Assembly (NCBI RefSeq): GCF_009914755.1
Contig: NC_060937.1
Direction: 5' to 3' (one strand)
DNA: 64,000 nucleotides
From: the human T2T-CHM13v2.0 reference genome, Homo sapiens
Shown: positions 1 through 13,874 of the stretch, piece after piece
How the letters are laid out: every line of letters starts with the position of its first letter
Numbering within the stretch: the stretch's first letter is position 1
Program-made: the position numbers and the translations under genes
The notes under the pieces: generated by a model
Databases searched by the model: none
What the model was told of the DNA's origin: nothing
The model's input: only the letters and a program-made list of their open reading frames with translations

Positions 1-43
1 AATAAAAGGATGATAAAATTTAAGTTTAAAGAGATTACATTTA

Positions 44-333
44 GGCCAGGCACGGTGGCTCGTGCTTGTAATCCCAGCACTTTGGGAGGCTGAGGCGGGC
101 AGATTACTTGAGGACAAGAGTTCAAGATCAGCCTGGCCAACATGGCGAAACCTCTCTCTACTAAAAATTAGCTGGTGTTGGTGCACTTGCCTCTCGTCCC
201 AGCTACTCGGGAGGCTGAGGCACGAGAATGGTTTGAACTCAGGAGCCAGAGGTTACTGTGTGCTGAGATTGTGCCACTGCATTCCAGCCTGGGCAACAAA
301 GTGACACTGTCTGATAAAACAAACAAACAGACA
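44..333 (+). mobile_element. Alu (AluS-like), middle A-rich linker shortened
   Basis: GGCCAGGCACGGTGGCTC start, two arms, A/C-rich tail, degenerate TSD ending ttacattta on both sides. Confidence 0.95.
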
Positions 334-2554
334 GAAAGTTTACATTTAAATTTGTTTCTATTTATAACTCGTTCTCTTTATTTTACCAAGTTCTAAATAT
401 AATTTCTCTAATTTATTTGGGTAGATAAGATTAATAATTCAAGACTTGATTCTAGAAAACATAATCAAATTTGTTAAGTAACCTGAATGTGGATTTTGGT
501 CACTCAAATCTCTTTTCCTTAATGTGTGTCATAAATGCATAACATGACATTATTACTAACAACTGTAAAATACTCCACACATCATAAAGTTGAATGTACA
601 ATTCATTGAATTAGTAAAAAATCCATGTTAATTTCATAAATGTTCCTATAGACAACACACATTTCACTATAGATCTGCAAGTACATTATCTTATATTGTT
701 TGCTTGCTAACTAATTAAAATTATTTTTTCTATAATATTATAGAAGAGGTTTATGGCAATAATCAACCGGTCTCCTAAATCTATGGTTTCCTTGTTATAT
801 GTTTTGTGGATAAAATTGATTGAATAAATGATATTTCTCATAATCAGTTAAAGGATGGTAAAATGCTTTTTCACAATATTTATTCAAAAGTTGCAAAATG
901 ATCAAATTAATTTTCTTGAAATTAAAACTATATATTAACATTAAAAAGTTATCTTAATCAAAATGATCCAAAATTAAACCTAGACCTTAAGAGTAATTTA
1001 TAACTGAATTAAATATGGTACTATATAATTAAATTAAGTATTGTTCTATAAGTTGGCATTTTAGAAGGCATAAAATGAAATTATTTACCCTTAAATAATT
1101 CATAGCTTACTGGAATAAAATCCTTTTGTGAAATTAGCTCATTTGGTTTTTACTCAATACTATGTCCCTCAATTAAACTTTTTGTCCAATATATGTTCAT
1201 TTTAAACAATGAACATATATTTACTCTGATGCCAAAAGTATTTAAATAATTTTATGTATTTTCCAAAAACTTAGTCAGAAAATATATCAAGGTATAATTT
1301 TAATAATTTACATACATCACATATCTAGCTTCTATAATACAAACTCCATATTAATTTCTGTATATCACACTATTAATGATTCACTCAATTCATTCTGATT
1401 TTTTCTCAAGAGACCTTTGTTTAATGTCTTATATTAAATAAAAGAATTTTAGTTTGCTAATAACAAAATCATTAGAAAAACATTTAAAGTAATAAATTGA
1501 TTTGTATTCATATAGAATTTTAAAAAATTAAAGTTCTATTTATAATTATGAGACTATGTTCAAAGCAGAAAATAATCTGTTGTATATAGAAACACAAACA
1601 TGTTTTTTAAAACTGATTTCTAGTGAAAATGATTTGAGATCATCTTTAGAGGGCAGCATCTAACTAGGGAAAGAGGTATTTCAGGCTAATATGTTTGAGC
1701 CATTGCAATGGTTATATCTGGTTGTTGGAAGTTGATAGCCTATTAAAACATCACCGATTTCATAATTCCAATATCAGAAGACACTAAATAACAGCATCTG
1801 ACATTAGTCTCCATGAATAATCCAGTTGAACGTGCACCTCATTAAATGTCACCTGTTCTTAAAGGCATGTGTATTTTTACAGTAGATATTACAGTATCTC
1901 AGAACACATTTATTTTTACTCAAAGCATGGTAATACATAGCAATAGCAATCTAGGCTTTAACCAATATGTATTATAAAAATAAGAGTGGGAGAATGAATT
2001 TCCAATATATTTTTTAATCGTATCATAGCACAATTTTTTTTAATGCTGCAAAGGAAGAAGTAAAATAAATGAGGCTATATATTCTTGTAATCAAATGAGA
2101 CTAGGACTTTAAAACATGGGTCTAAAGAGTATTTTATTCCATATCCTTTGCCTTAAAATTAGAAAACATAAATGTTAGTTAAAAATTACTGTGAAATATA
2201 TGAACTAATTAGCTTATTAAACATACATTAATGAAATAACTGTTCATTGTTCTATGATTTTATATGGGAAAATTCTATATGTGCACACAATCACTACTTC
2301 TGGAAATCCTTGATATAACAATGCTTTTTAACCCTTCTATAGCTAATGACAATCATTTTGTAGAATAAAGCTTTGCAAACTATTAAGGACCAATTAATGT
2401 ATTTCAGCAATAGCATAAATTGAACTCAAATTACTTAAGAAACTGAGTATGCTATCACTTGTTTCTTTGAAAATGAATAATTTACACATATAATTAATCA
2501 GTTAAACACCTCAGCAGTGCATTATCAAAACCACCATTCAGAGCAAGCCCTTCA

Positions 2555-2670
2555 GTCATTTATTCACTCAACAAATATTTATTGAACATATCTTTGTGCT
2601 AAGCATTCCGAGGAGCTAGGGAGTACATTTATACCAGAAACTATGCAATGCAGCGTTCTTCCCTCATGTA
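2555..2670 (-). mobile_element. L2 3'-end fragment
   Basis: ttcactcaacaaatatttattgaaca motif typical of an antisense L2 3' end. Confidence 0.55.
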
Positions 2671-2987
2671 ACTTTAATTACCCTTATTATTTGACTTTTA
2701 CCTTGGATGTGTGTGAATGTATGTTGAGGACTGGTGATAAATGGGTACAAAAAGCAGTGGATCTGAAGGATTTTTAACCCCATCAAAACATAAAATTAAT
2801 GTTTCTTTATAACAATCTGATCAACTATACTCACATAGTCTCCTCTAATCTCTAATATTTTAATTAATTTGGGGTAGGCAGAAAAAAAGTTGCTTCTACT
2901 TTTTATTCGCCATGATATTATCCATAGAACCATCTAAAAGAACTTAGTGTTAAGAAATTCGAGTGGATTTAAAAGCTATAAATATGT

Positions 2988-3360
2988 TGATATGATTTGG
3001 CTCTGTGTCCCTACCCAAATCTCATCTCAAATTGTAATCCCCATGTGTCAAGGGAGGGACCTAGTGGGAAGTGATTGGATCATGGGGGTAGTTTTCTCCA
3101 CGCTCTTCTTGTGATAGTGAGTCATTTCTCATGCGATCTGATGGTTTAAAGGTGTGGCACTTCCCTTTCCTCTCTCTTTCTCTCTCTCTCCTGCTGCCTT
3201 GTAAGATGTGCCTTGCTTTCTCTTTGCCTTCCACCATGATTGTAAGTTTCTTGAGGTCTCCCAAGCCATGTGCAACTGTGAGTCAATGAAACCTCTTTTC
3301 TTCATAAATTACCCAGTCTCAGGTAGAATCTTTATAGCAGCGTGAAAACAGACTAATACA
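2988..3360 (+). mobile_element. Solo MaLR LTR, THE1D-like
   Basis: TGATATGATTTGGCTCTGTGTCC...GACTAATACA termini; 5-bp TSD tatgt/taagt. Confidence 0.9.
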
Positions 3361-3394
3361 TAAGTCGGCATGATTCTAAACACAAATCTAACTG

Positions 3395-4414
3395 CAGGTA
3401 ACCTTTGAGCAATGCAGGAGTTGGGGTACCAAACCCCCACATAGTAGAAAATTTATGTATAGCTTCAGACACCCTCAAAACTTAACTACTAATGGCCTGT
3501 TGTTAATCATAAGCCTTACTGATAACATAGTTGATAACATATTTTGTATGTTATCTCTATTATATGCTGTGTTCTTTCAGTAAATGAAGCTAGAGAAAAG
3601 AAAATATTATTGGGAAAATCATGAAGGAGAGAAAATACATTTACTGAACTGTATGGTATTTATCAATACTGTAGGTTTATTTCATCTATTTATAAAATAT
3701 ATGTTCTATCTGAAATGGTGGGCAAAAGCAGCTGCAGACCTCAGTCTACAGTACACATCAAGTAATTCAACTTTTTTTGTGCTTTTTGAGAGCACTTCCA
3801 GAATCATTAATGGCATTTTGTCCCATGGTGTTATTGAAGGTTCATGGTATTATACTAAAAATAGTGAAAAATACTTGAAACTGTGAGAGATCGCATTTTA
3901 CTGCCATACCCAATTTACGGAGGACACGAACTGCTCACGTGGAGATGGTGAGAGTCACACAGCATTTTAAGCAGATATTTGAAACGCTTGAGTTCACCAC
4001 CATAGCAACAGGAAGTAGCTATAAAATTATTACAGTAGCACAATACATACTAGAGTTACTTTTATGCAGTTATAATTTAATGCAGAGTTTTTACCTCTGT
4101 TTAAATTTCTCTTGTCTGAGAATGGTGCCAAGTACAGTCGGTAAGTGTTTGTGTGCATAAGTTTTGATGAATTTTAACTTTTAATGATAGATTTGTATAT
4201 GTTTCATTGTAGTAAATCATGAAATAGACTGGAATCTACATATATTTTATGGATTAATAACTACCTTTTTTTAATAATTTACGTTACATTGTTCAACTGT
4301 GAGTTTTTTCCAATTTTTGCAAATCTTCAAAAACTTTTCAAATATATTTATTGAAAAAACTCCATGCGTAAATGGACCCATACAGTTCAAACTCATGTTG
4401 TTCAAAGTCAACTG
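3395..4414 (-). mobile_element. Tigger2 family DNA transposon (Tigger2b-like, ~1 kb)
   Basis: TIRs CAGGTAACCTTTGAGCAA / TTGTTCAAAGTCAACTG followed by TA. Confidence 0.8.
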
Positions 4415-4416
4415 TA

Positions 4417-4686
4417 TTATATACTTTACTCTTACAATAAAGTAAGCTAATAAGAGAAAATGTTATTAAGAAAATCATAAGGAAGAAAAAATATATTTAC
4501 TAGTCATTAAATAGAAATGTACCATCATAAAGATCTCCATCCTTATCATCCTCACATTTAGAAGGCTGATAAGGAGAAGCAAGAGAAGGGGTTGGTCTTG
4601 CTTTGTCAGGGGTGGCAAAGACAGAAGAAAATTTATGTGTAATTGGAACCATGCAGTTCAATCCTGTATTTTTCCAGGGTCAATTA
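4417..4686 (-). mobile_element. Tigger2a/MER28-like fragment with a single TIR
   Basis: ggggttggtcttgct...cagttcaatcctgtatttttccagggtcaat resembles the reverse complement of the Tigger2a 5' part. Confidence 0.7.
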
Positions 4687-7600
4687 TTTATTTTATTTGG
4701 GTGTTACAGCTTATTAATAAACTGAAGACATACAATTAGCACAATGAGTTTAAAGACATCTGCATGTAACTCACTATTAATTTTGTTTAGTTCTTTAATT
4801 TAATTTTTAAATTTAAATATATAGTTTCTAGAGCATTATCTAATTATTACTAGTTACAGCAATTAGCAGAGTATCACGAATTAGAAAATCAGACTTTATA
4901 GATGCAGTTAAATAATGCAGTTTATATAATGCAGAACTTTGCATTCAAACGGAGTATCAGGCATACATGTAAAATTAAGATGAAGGTGAAAGGGAGTTTT
5001 ATTAAGACATTTATCTCCCTAAGAAAGGCAAAATCTTGGCCTTGGCAGGTTCTCAAATTTTTATTAAGGGACTATAAAATGTGGACAAGATTTTATGTTG
5101 TCAAAATATCAATTTTAATGCTTTGCATGGAAGTTCCACTGTAAAGCTTAAATTTGAATTGCATGATCTACTATCAAATTATGTAAAAAGAGCTAGATAT
5201 CCTTCAGGTGTATCTGACCCTTACGTTTGATAAATATCTCCCCAAATTTTAATGTAGTTATTTATTTTGGAGGGCATACAATAAAATTTCAATCATTTTT
5301 GTGTCCTTATGCTTGTCTGCAAAGACAATTTATTTATTGCTATCATATTATTAAATTATAGCAATTACTTTGATTTATTTTGTTATTAAACTTTGAATTG
5401 CAACCATTTATACTTTTAGAATCATTTTCTAAAAATGGGTAAATCTTGTTGTAAAATAGCATTTACATAGGGCGAAAAACAAACAAGCTTTTATTTGTTG
5501 AAATTAAAATATAAAAGCTATAAATTTACCATGTGACTGTATATTTGTCTTATTTTAAATTTATTCCCATTAGTTTGTTAGTTTTGTGAAGTGCTGGTTT
5601 TGTTCCATACTCTGTGTGTGTTATGCCCAGGTAATCAATTCTATCTTAAAGAATATATGTTCAAGGAAGGGTAGAGTCATGAATAATGGAGATAATATTG
5701 AAAATATTAAACCCTAGGATTTTGATTTTCATCTTTCTCCCATATCTTATTTATTTCTTTTTCTTTTTAGCAACAATTTTATCATTTGAGGTGTAGAAAA
5801 AGTAGAAGAGTAGATGTTAACTCCTGAAAAAGAAAGATAAGGGACAACCTTTACGGGAAGGGATAGTGAAAGAAGCCATTTTCTTGAGCAGTAGGGGTAA
5901 AAAGGAAGAGAGGAGGTCAAGGGTTACGGAAGCAACCAGTGAGATAGATACATATCCTTCCACTCCTGTAATCTACAAAGCACATTTTTTAAAAATTTAA
6001 AAAACAGAAACAAAACAACAGCACAAAACAAATCCCTTCAGCTGGTTAGCTATGCACCCTTAACCATTAGCATTCTGATGAAATTGGCAAAAAAGCTTGC
6101 AATGTTGGTTGGATAAGCCTCGGTATGTTCCTCTTCTTTCCTAGTCTTCCCTGAATGTTATTTTTATTTTACAAATATTAAAACAAAAACCAAAGATAAC
6201 TCTTAGGCTTTCTCTTTATTTTTAATCACTTGCTTCTTAGCTTCTCCCCATTCACCTTGGGATAACTCCTGTTCTAATAACTGAAGAAATTTCTCCCAGT
6301 CTCCTAAATCCTCTCTCTGGTTTTGAAGTCCCAAAGTTGGGTAGGAAGGTGTTTTGGTCTATCTACCAAATAGTGCCATTAGTATTCATTATAATTCAAT
6401 CTCTTGTTCCTTCTTAATCCGGAATGAAATACTGGAACTTTGTTTGAATGAGAGAGTTAAGTACAAGGATTTTTAAAGAAGAGGTTGTGAGTTCAAGTAC
6501 AGACTCACGGGATATGAATATATGTTATCATAGTTAGCACTCCCAAGCCCAAAGTAAATGTTTATTTATCCTTTCTCAAATATTTGGTTGCACTTTCTGA
6601 AATGTTTATATAGTTATACCTATAAAAAATCAGGGTAACTTACTTGAGAGTAACTAAAATGATTTCTAATTATATTCCTGTTTAGCTTGAATGTTAAAAT
6701 GTCACAGTCAATTCTATTCAAGATAAAAGAAAATTGAGAGAGTCATTACCATTTTGAAAAAAGACCAGGACATAGATTTATAGCAGAAAAGAAAACCATT
6801 AAGTAGATGAGATCAATAGATGTCAAGCGCATGAGGGATTCTTGTGACACCTTAAGAAAACAAGAGCCTTTAACTATAGACATAAGGATTTATAAATGTA
6901 ATCTAAAAGGCTCCTCATTTAATTGACAAAGAAAATCTAAAAGCCTGGGAAGAGATAAGTATTAGATCATGAATTGCAAAATGCCATATGCTATCTTAAA
7001 AAGTGTCTAATTCATAAGTATATTCTTGATTAAACTGAAATTGAATGTCTCTCCAAAAATAGATTATGGTTGTCTTGAAAACTTTCTTCAATTACTTATT
7101 CCCTATATAATGTCAGAAAACAATTGCATATTCAATTCCATTTGGGACTATGTATAAGTTTATATAATATATCCTCGTAATTAAATTCTTGAAGTAATCT
7201 TTAAATATTGACTTAATATTTCTTCCTGATTTTCAGCCGATTTAAATTTGCCTACATGATGCCAGTCCTTTCACCTTTGACTTTGTTTTAAAGTCATTAA
7301 TTTCTAGTGTGATTAGTTTTAAGAAAACTTAATAATATGATCCATTGAATATTAACTAATGTATTCACCCTCTCTAACTTCAATGTCCTAATTAATAAAA
7401 TGAGGGAGGTGATCTAGATTATACTTAAAATTCCTTCTGTTCCTAAGATTATTAAAGTTCATGAAATGTGCTTGTTTTGAAAAGTTATAAATCAGCAAGG
7501 AATTGATTAGATCCTTTTTTCCAGCTCTCTCAATATTCATTGAAAATTAGACCTTAAAAATTATAAAATTTTTAAAACATGAGACGTGTTTTGAAATAAT

Positions 7601-8055
7601 TTTCAGTTTATATTTTACAGAGGTAATAAGAGTACTTTAATAGAATAATAATAATTTATAAAATGAACTGATACAAAGAAGGATGTTCTCAAATGCTGGT
7701 TTATTAAATATGATACAAAATAAATAGTAAGCAAAGAGGCAAATTCCCTATTCCACTCTAATATTGCTGTTAGAGTGAGCTTGTATAGGGAAAAGGAAAT
7801 TGATCAATGAAGATTGCTCTTGTGGTCATTTGGAGACCTTGAACTGTACAAAGACAGATTCTCAGGCATATAGATTGAAAGATTTCAGATAGTATGTATC
7901 TCATAATTGGATATGTTCATATGTGCGTGTTTACATTGATGAGTTTCACTTGTGACTCATACACCAGTAAATGATAGAAGGGTAATTGTGTAAATTGGAT
8001 CTTGACTCAATTTATTTCTCTCACTCTACTCATTTCTTTTTTTAAAAAAATTTGG

Positions 8056-9130
<1,075 letters not shown>

Positions 9131-9784
9131 GTTATTTTTCACATTAAGTATGCATTTTACAATTCTTATTTATTTCATATTTTTCTACCACAATTTTAGT
9201 TATATGTATAGTTTGAAAATCTTCCAGTTTTATGTCTCTTGTCATTTCAGTGATAACACACTTTATTTCACAGGTCATGCAAAGGATGACTGTCTGATTG
9301 AGTAGCAATTGCTGCTAGATAATTTTAAGTTTTTTTTTATCTATGTGTACCTTTAATTTTTTAAAATATATTATCCCACTTGCTTCTATGTGGTTTAATT
9401 TTAAAGACACATTTATTTCTCAAATAAAAATCTACTTGGTAGTCCATTTCTTAATTTCAGAAATTCTATCTAAATTTTTTTAAATGGTCTGTTAAATGAT
9501 TTTTAAGCCACTAAGTGATTAAGTAAAATACTAAACAATCTGAGCCAAAACAAGTGTAGAATACTTTTATTTATAACTTCAGGCAGAAATTGATCTATTG
9601 ACAAGTACATTCTCCAAATAGTACTTGAGTTCGTAATGGCCATATATAAGAACTTTATAATATAAAGAGAAATGTCTCTGTTTTTGATGAAATATTTTTA
9701 AGAGACTGATCATGGCTCAGACCTCTCCTTCCAATGGGTAATTCTGGTCAGAGTAAGATTTAATTGATAGGCATGTATTTTGAA

Positions 9785-10817
9785 GAGCTGATATTCATTA
9801 TTGATGTATCCTGCATTTGTAAACTTTCCTACTTGCTAAAAGTGAATTCTAACCCTAATATTAATAATTAGGACACTTCAAAATCATTCACAGACATTCA
9901 CAGAGCTGCCAAAAATTTGAGTTACTTAACATGAATCTTCATAGTTCAGGTAGAACAATGTGGCATTCTGACTTCTGGTTCAAGTCCCATGCTGTATACA
10001 AGTGGTTCTTTATGGTTCATGTAGTTTCCCACTATGCACGTTGTTCTTTTGTTGGTTATTTCACTCTTCACAATGACCATCCAGCATGGTGTTGAAGAGA
10101 TGTCTAATGTTTCTAAGATATCTCACAAGAATGCTGTGAGATATCTTATGGCAAATAAAAGTTTGCTAGGTAACATTTGTTCAGGCATGACTTATGCTGT
10201 GTTTCAGTTCAGTATTATGAACCAACAATAGAAAACATTCATAAAAGGGAAAAGTTGTCAATCTGTACGTGAGGCTGTTCTGTAAAGTCTGAAGTCACAT
10301 GTATAATATGTTTTGAAGCTATGTAAAAACTGAAGAAATGGCTACATTTGTGGATTCATGAGAATGATAACCTTTTTTTTTTTTTTTAAGTATAGTAAGA
10401 CCAAAATCCAAAGACATTTGTAGTAATGAGACCTGGAGTCACGAAAAAATGTTGAACACTTTTGAAAGCTGGCTGGCTCACACATCTAGAAAGGGAATAG
10501 GGCACAAAAAAAAAGTTAAACTTGCAGGTGCAGATAAGTAGGCTGGGGAGGAATTTTAAAATACCTGCTAAGTGCTATACAGGAAAAATGTATGGAACAG
10601 CAGGTTTTCCACACTGATGAGACTGGCTTGTTTTAAAAACATATTGGCAATCAAACATATCCTAATGCAAATAACATTTTGTTTGACAAAATGTGACCAG
10701 AGGCTTGCAGGGGCCTAATCTTGTATTTTCTCAAGATGCAACAGCTCAGTATTCACAAATCCAGTGTTTGTAGCGATTTTATAAAACATAATTCCTGCAA
10801 ATAATGAGAATTAGCTA
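9785..10817. mobile_element. Tigger-family DNA transposon (MER82/Tigger6-like)
   Basis: Degenerate TIRs (tattcattatt... / ...aataatgagaattagct) and MER82-like subterminal sequence gtgaccagaggcttgcagg. Confidence 0.6.
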
Positions 10818-11618
10818 CACGTAGCATTACTTTATTCCATAGTAATGAGTAGTAGCCTTTTAATATAAATATCTACTATTGCTCTTGGATAAGTATTTTC
10901 TCATATTTATTAATATATCAGAGACATAATAAGGATATAAATGCACTAGACTTTGAATGACATATATAAAAATTTAAAATATAATAATACATGTATCTTA
11001 GATTGCCATAAAATCAAGATTGTACATGTCTTCCCAAAGCAGACATCTCTTATTACTATTTCAGGTAGAATTTCTATAAAAAATTAATGTAGCAATTGAT
11101 TTTGGAAAGTATATTTGTTATATATATATATAGAAAGTATATATATATGTTATCGCATCTTTGAATCATTAATTGGATAAAGATTGTGGGGATTTACTTA
11201 ACATTATTTAACCAGATTTTCAAACATACGACCAAGAAAACTGTTTTGAAACAACATCTACCAAAGAGCAGTAGAAGTCATGTATGTAAAAAAGGAGCAA
11301 ATCAAAACAATTTTGGGAAAAACAGATTCAATTTTCTTTAACATATAAATTGAGGCATTTGAAACCCTCTTGTTAAATTATCCATTGCATAATGATTTCT
11401 TCATACTGATTATCAATGTATTCTAATTAGTTTTAAGTAAATATTTTTCTCTGTATAAGTTACCAAAGCAAACATTTTGTTTATTTTGGGTTTTTAACTT
11501 CTGTGTAGAATTTTTAAATTTTTATTTTAATTTTCTCTATGCATAATTATTTTTCAAGTCTTCAGATCGTATAACATTTGTATTTGTATTCTAAAATTAT
11601 TTCCAGTTATTAGCTATT

Positions 11619-11664
11619 TAGTTATTAAAGAAATCAGCACTCTAGTTATTAAAGAAATCAGCAC
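11619..11664. repeat. Tandem duplication, 24-bp period
   Basis: tagttattaaagaaatcagcac at 11619 and 11643. Confidence 0.9.
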
Positions 11665-12189
11665 AGTAGTACTGTGGGTAGAAGCCTTATTCAGTTATAT
11701 ATTATAATGCTTGCTATACAATTACAATAAAGAAACCAATAATAAAATTTCAAATTCTTAATCTAGTGGATATTTTATGCTATTTTCTATTCTAATGCTA
11801 AATGTGGCTCTGCTGAATAGATATATAATATATTCCCTAAGAGTTTAAGCATTTGGCTAATCCAGCTATCTGTTTCAGTTTTATGTTTTAAATTGATGCA
11901 TTGTCCTTTTGACATGAGTGAATTAAAATATGCCATTCAAACGCTTGTCTAGAGTTCAAGCTATAATTATGATCAGCATTAAATGTTTCATACATGTGAT
12001 GACTTTACATTTGAAATATGCTTTATTTTCCATATTTGTTGGCTATGATATCTATAGGATTTTTTGGAGATGTATTTATGATTATCTCAATTTGGGCAAT
12101 GAAATAAAGCAATCAAATGACAGCATGAAAGTAATGTCAAACGATGAAAATTCAACAGATGAATGCTAATTTCTTTTTTAAAGTATTCG

Positions 12190-13520
12190 TAAACTTTATT
12201 TTCATAGAGCAGTTTTATTGAAAACAAAAATTGAAAGGTAAAGAGATAGCCCATTTACCCTGTGCTTCTCATGAGCACATTCCCTCATTAATAACACACC
12301 CCACATAGTGGCACATTTGTTGTAATTGAAGAACCTACATTGACAAATCATTATCACCCAAAGTTCATAGTTTACATTACGGTTCATTCTTGGTGTTGCA
12401 CACTCTGTGGGTTTGGAGAAATGAATAATGATATGTATCATCCATGATAATATCACATAGAATGTTTTACATATCATAAAAATAGTCTGTGCTCTGCCTA
12501 TTCCCCCTTGCCACAATTCCTGGCAAACATTGATTTTTTTTTTTTTTTTACCATCTTTGAAGTTTTGTCTTTTCCAGAATGTCATATAGTTTAAATAATA
12601 CAGCATTCAGCCTTTTTCAGATTAGCTACTTTCACTTAGTACTATGTATTTAAGGTTTCTCCATGTCTTTTCATGGTTTGATAGCTTATTTATTTTTAGC
12701 ACTGAATGATATTCCATTGTCTAGATGTACTAGAGTTTATTCATTCACCTACTAAAAGAGATCTTGTTTGCTTCCAAGTTTTAGCAGTTATGAATAAGGC
12801 TGCATAACAATCTGTGAGAATAATTTTTATGTAAAAATTTTCAGCTTCTTTGGGTAAATATTGTGGGGTATAATTGATGTATTGTATGGTAAGAATATGT
12901 TTGGTTTTGTAAGAAATTGCAAAACTGTGTTTCTAAAGTGGCTGTATCATTTTACAACCCCAACAGCAATAAGTGAGAATTCCTGATGCTCCACATCCTT
13001 GCCAGCATCTGGAGTTCTCAGTGTTTTAAATTTTGCCCATTCTAATTGGTGTGTAAATGGTATCTCATTCTTGGTTAGATTCTCATTTCCTTGATGACAT
13101 ATGATATGAAGCAACGTTTTGTATGCTTATTCAATATTTGTAAATCTTTGGTGAACTGTCTGTTAGTGTTCTGGGCCCATTTTTTTAATCAGGTTTTTTT
13201 TTTTGTTGTTGTTTTCTTTTTGTTTAGTATTAAGAGTTCTTTGTATATTTTGAATAAGAGCCCTTCATGTGTCTTTTGCAAATACATTCTCCAAGTCTGT
13301 GGCTTTTTTTTCTCATTCTAGTTATTAATTTTCTCAGAGAAGTTTTTAATTTCAATAAAGTCCTGCTTATCAATTATTTCTTTCATTGATCAAACTTTTG
13401 TTGTATTTTAAATGGTCATTGTTGTACCCAAGGTCAACACATTTTTCTCCTTTATAATATTCTAAGAGTTTTGAAGTTTTATATTTTACATTTAGATCTA
13501 TGATTCATTTTGAGTAAATC
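12190..13520 (-). mobile_element. L1MC1-like 3' portion
   Basis: cattatcacccaaagttcatagtttacatt 3'UTR motif followed by degenerate antisense ORF2 C-terminus. Confidence 0.8.
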
Positions 13521-13874
13521 CTGGGTAGGCAAAAATAACAAATGTCCACTTCACCTAGACAAAGGAATATGGCCCAAGTTACTCAATAATTAAATCATCT
13601 AAAATTTTAAATGCTAAGCAGAGTAATTCAGAATCAAGAGGAAAACTGTTCAATAAAAAAACTATAAAAAATACTAGAGAACAATACATTTTGCCTGAAA
13701 CAGAAGCTACACTAGTTTCTAAACTATTTCTAAAATTTATTAACCTGTTCCCAGAAAATGTTGTGTGCAGCCGCTGGGTAACTCTCACAATACATTGTTT
13801 TTTGCTTAACTACACATAGTTTATTTTGGTGTCTATAACTCAATAACTAATTAATTATTTTGTGATATGCTGCC

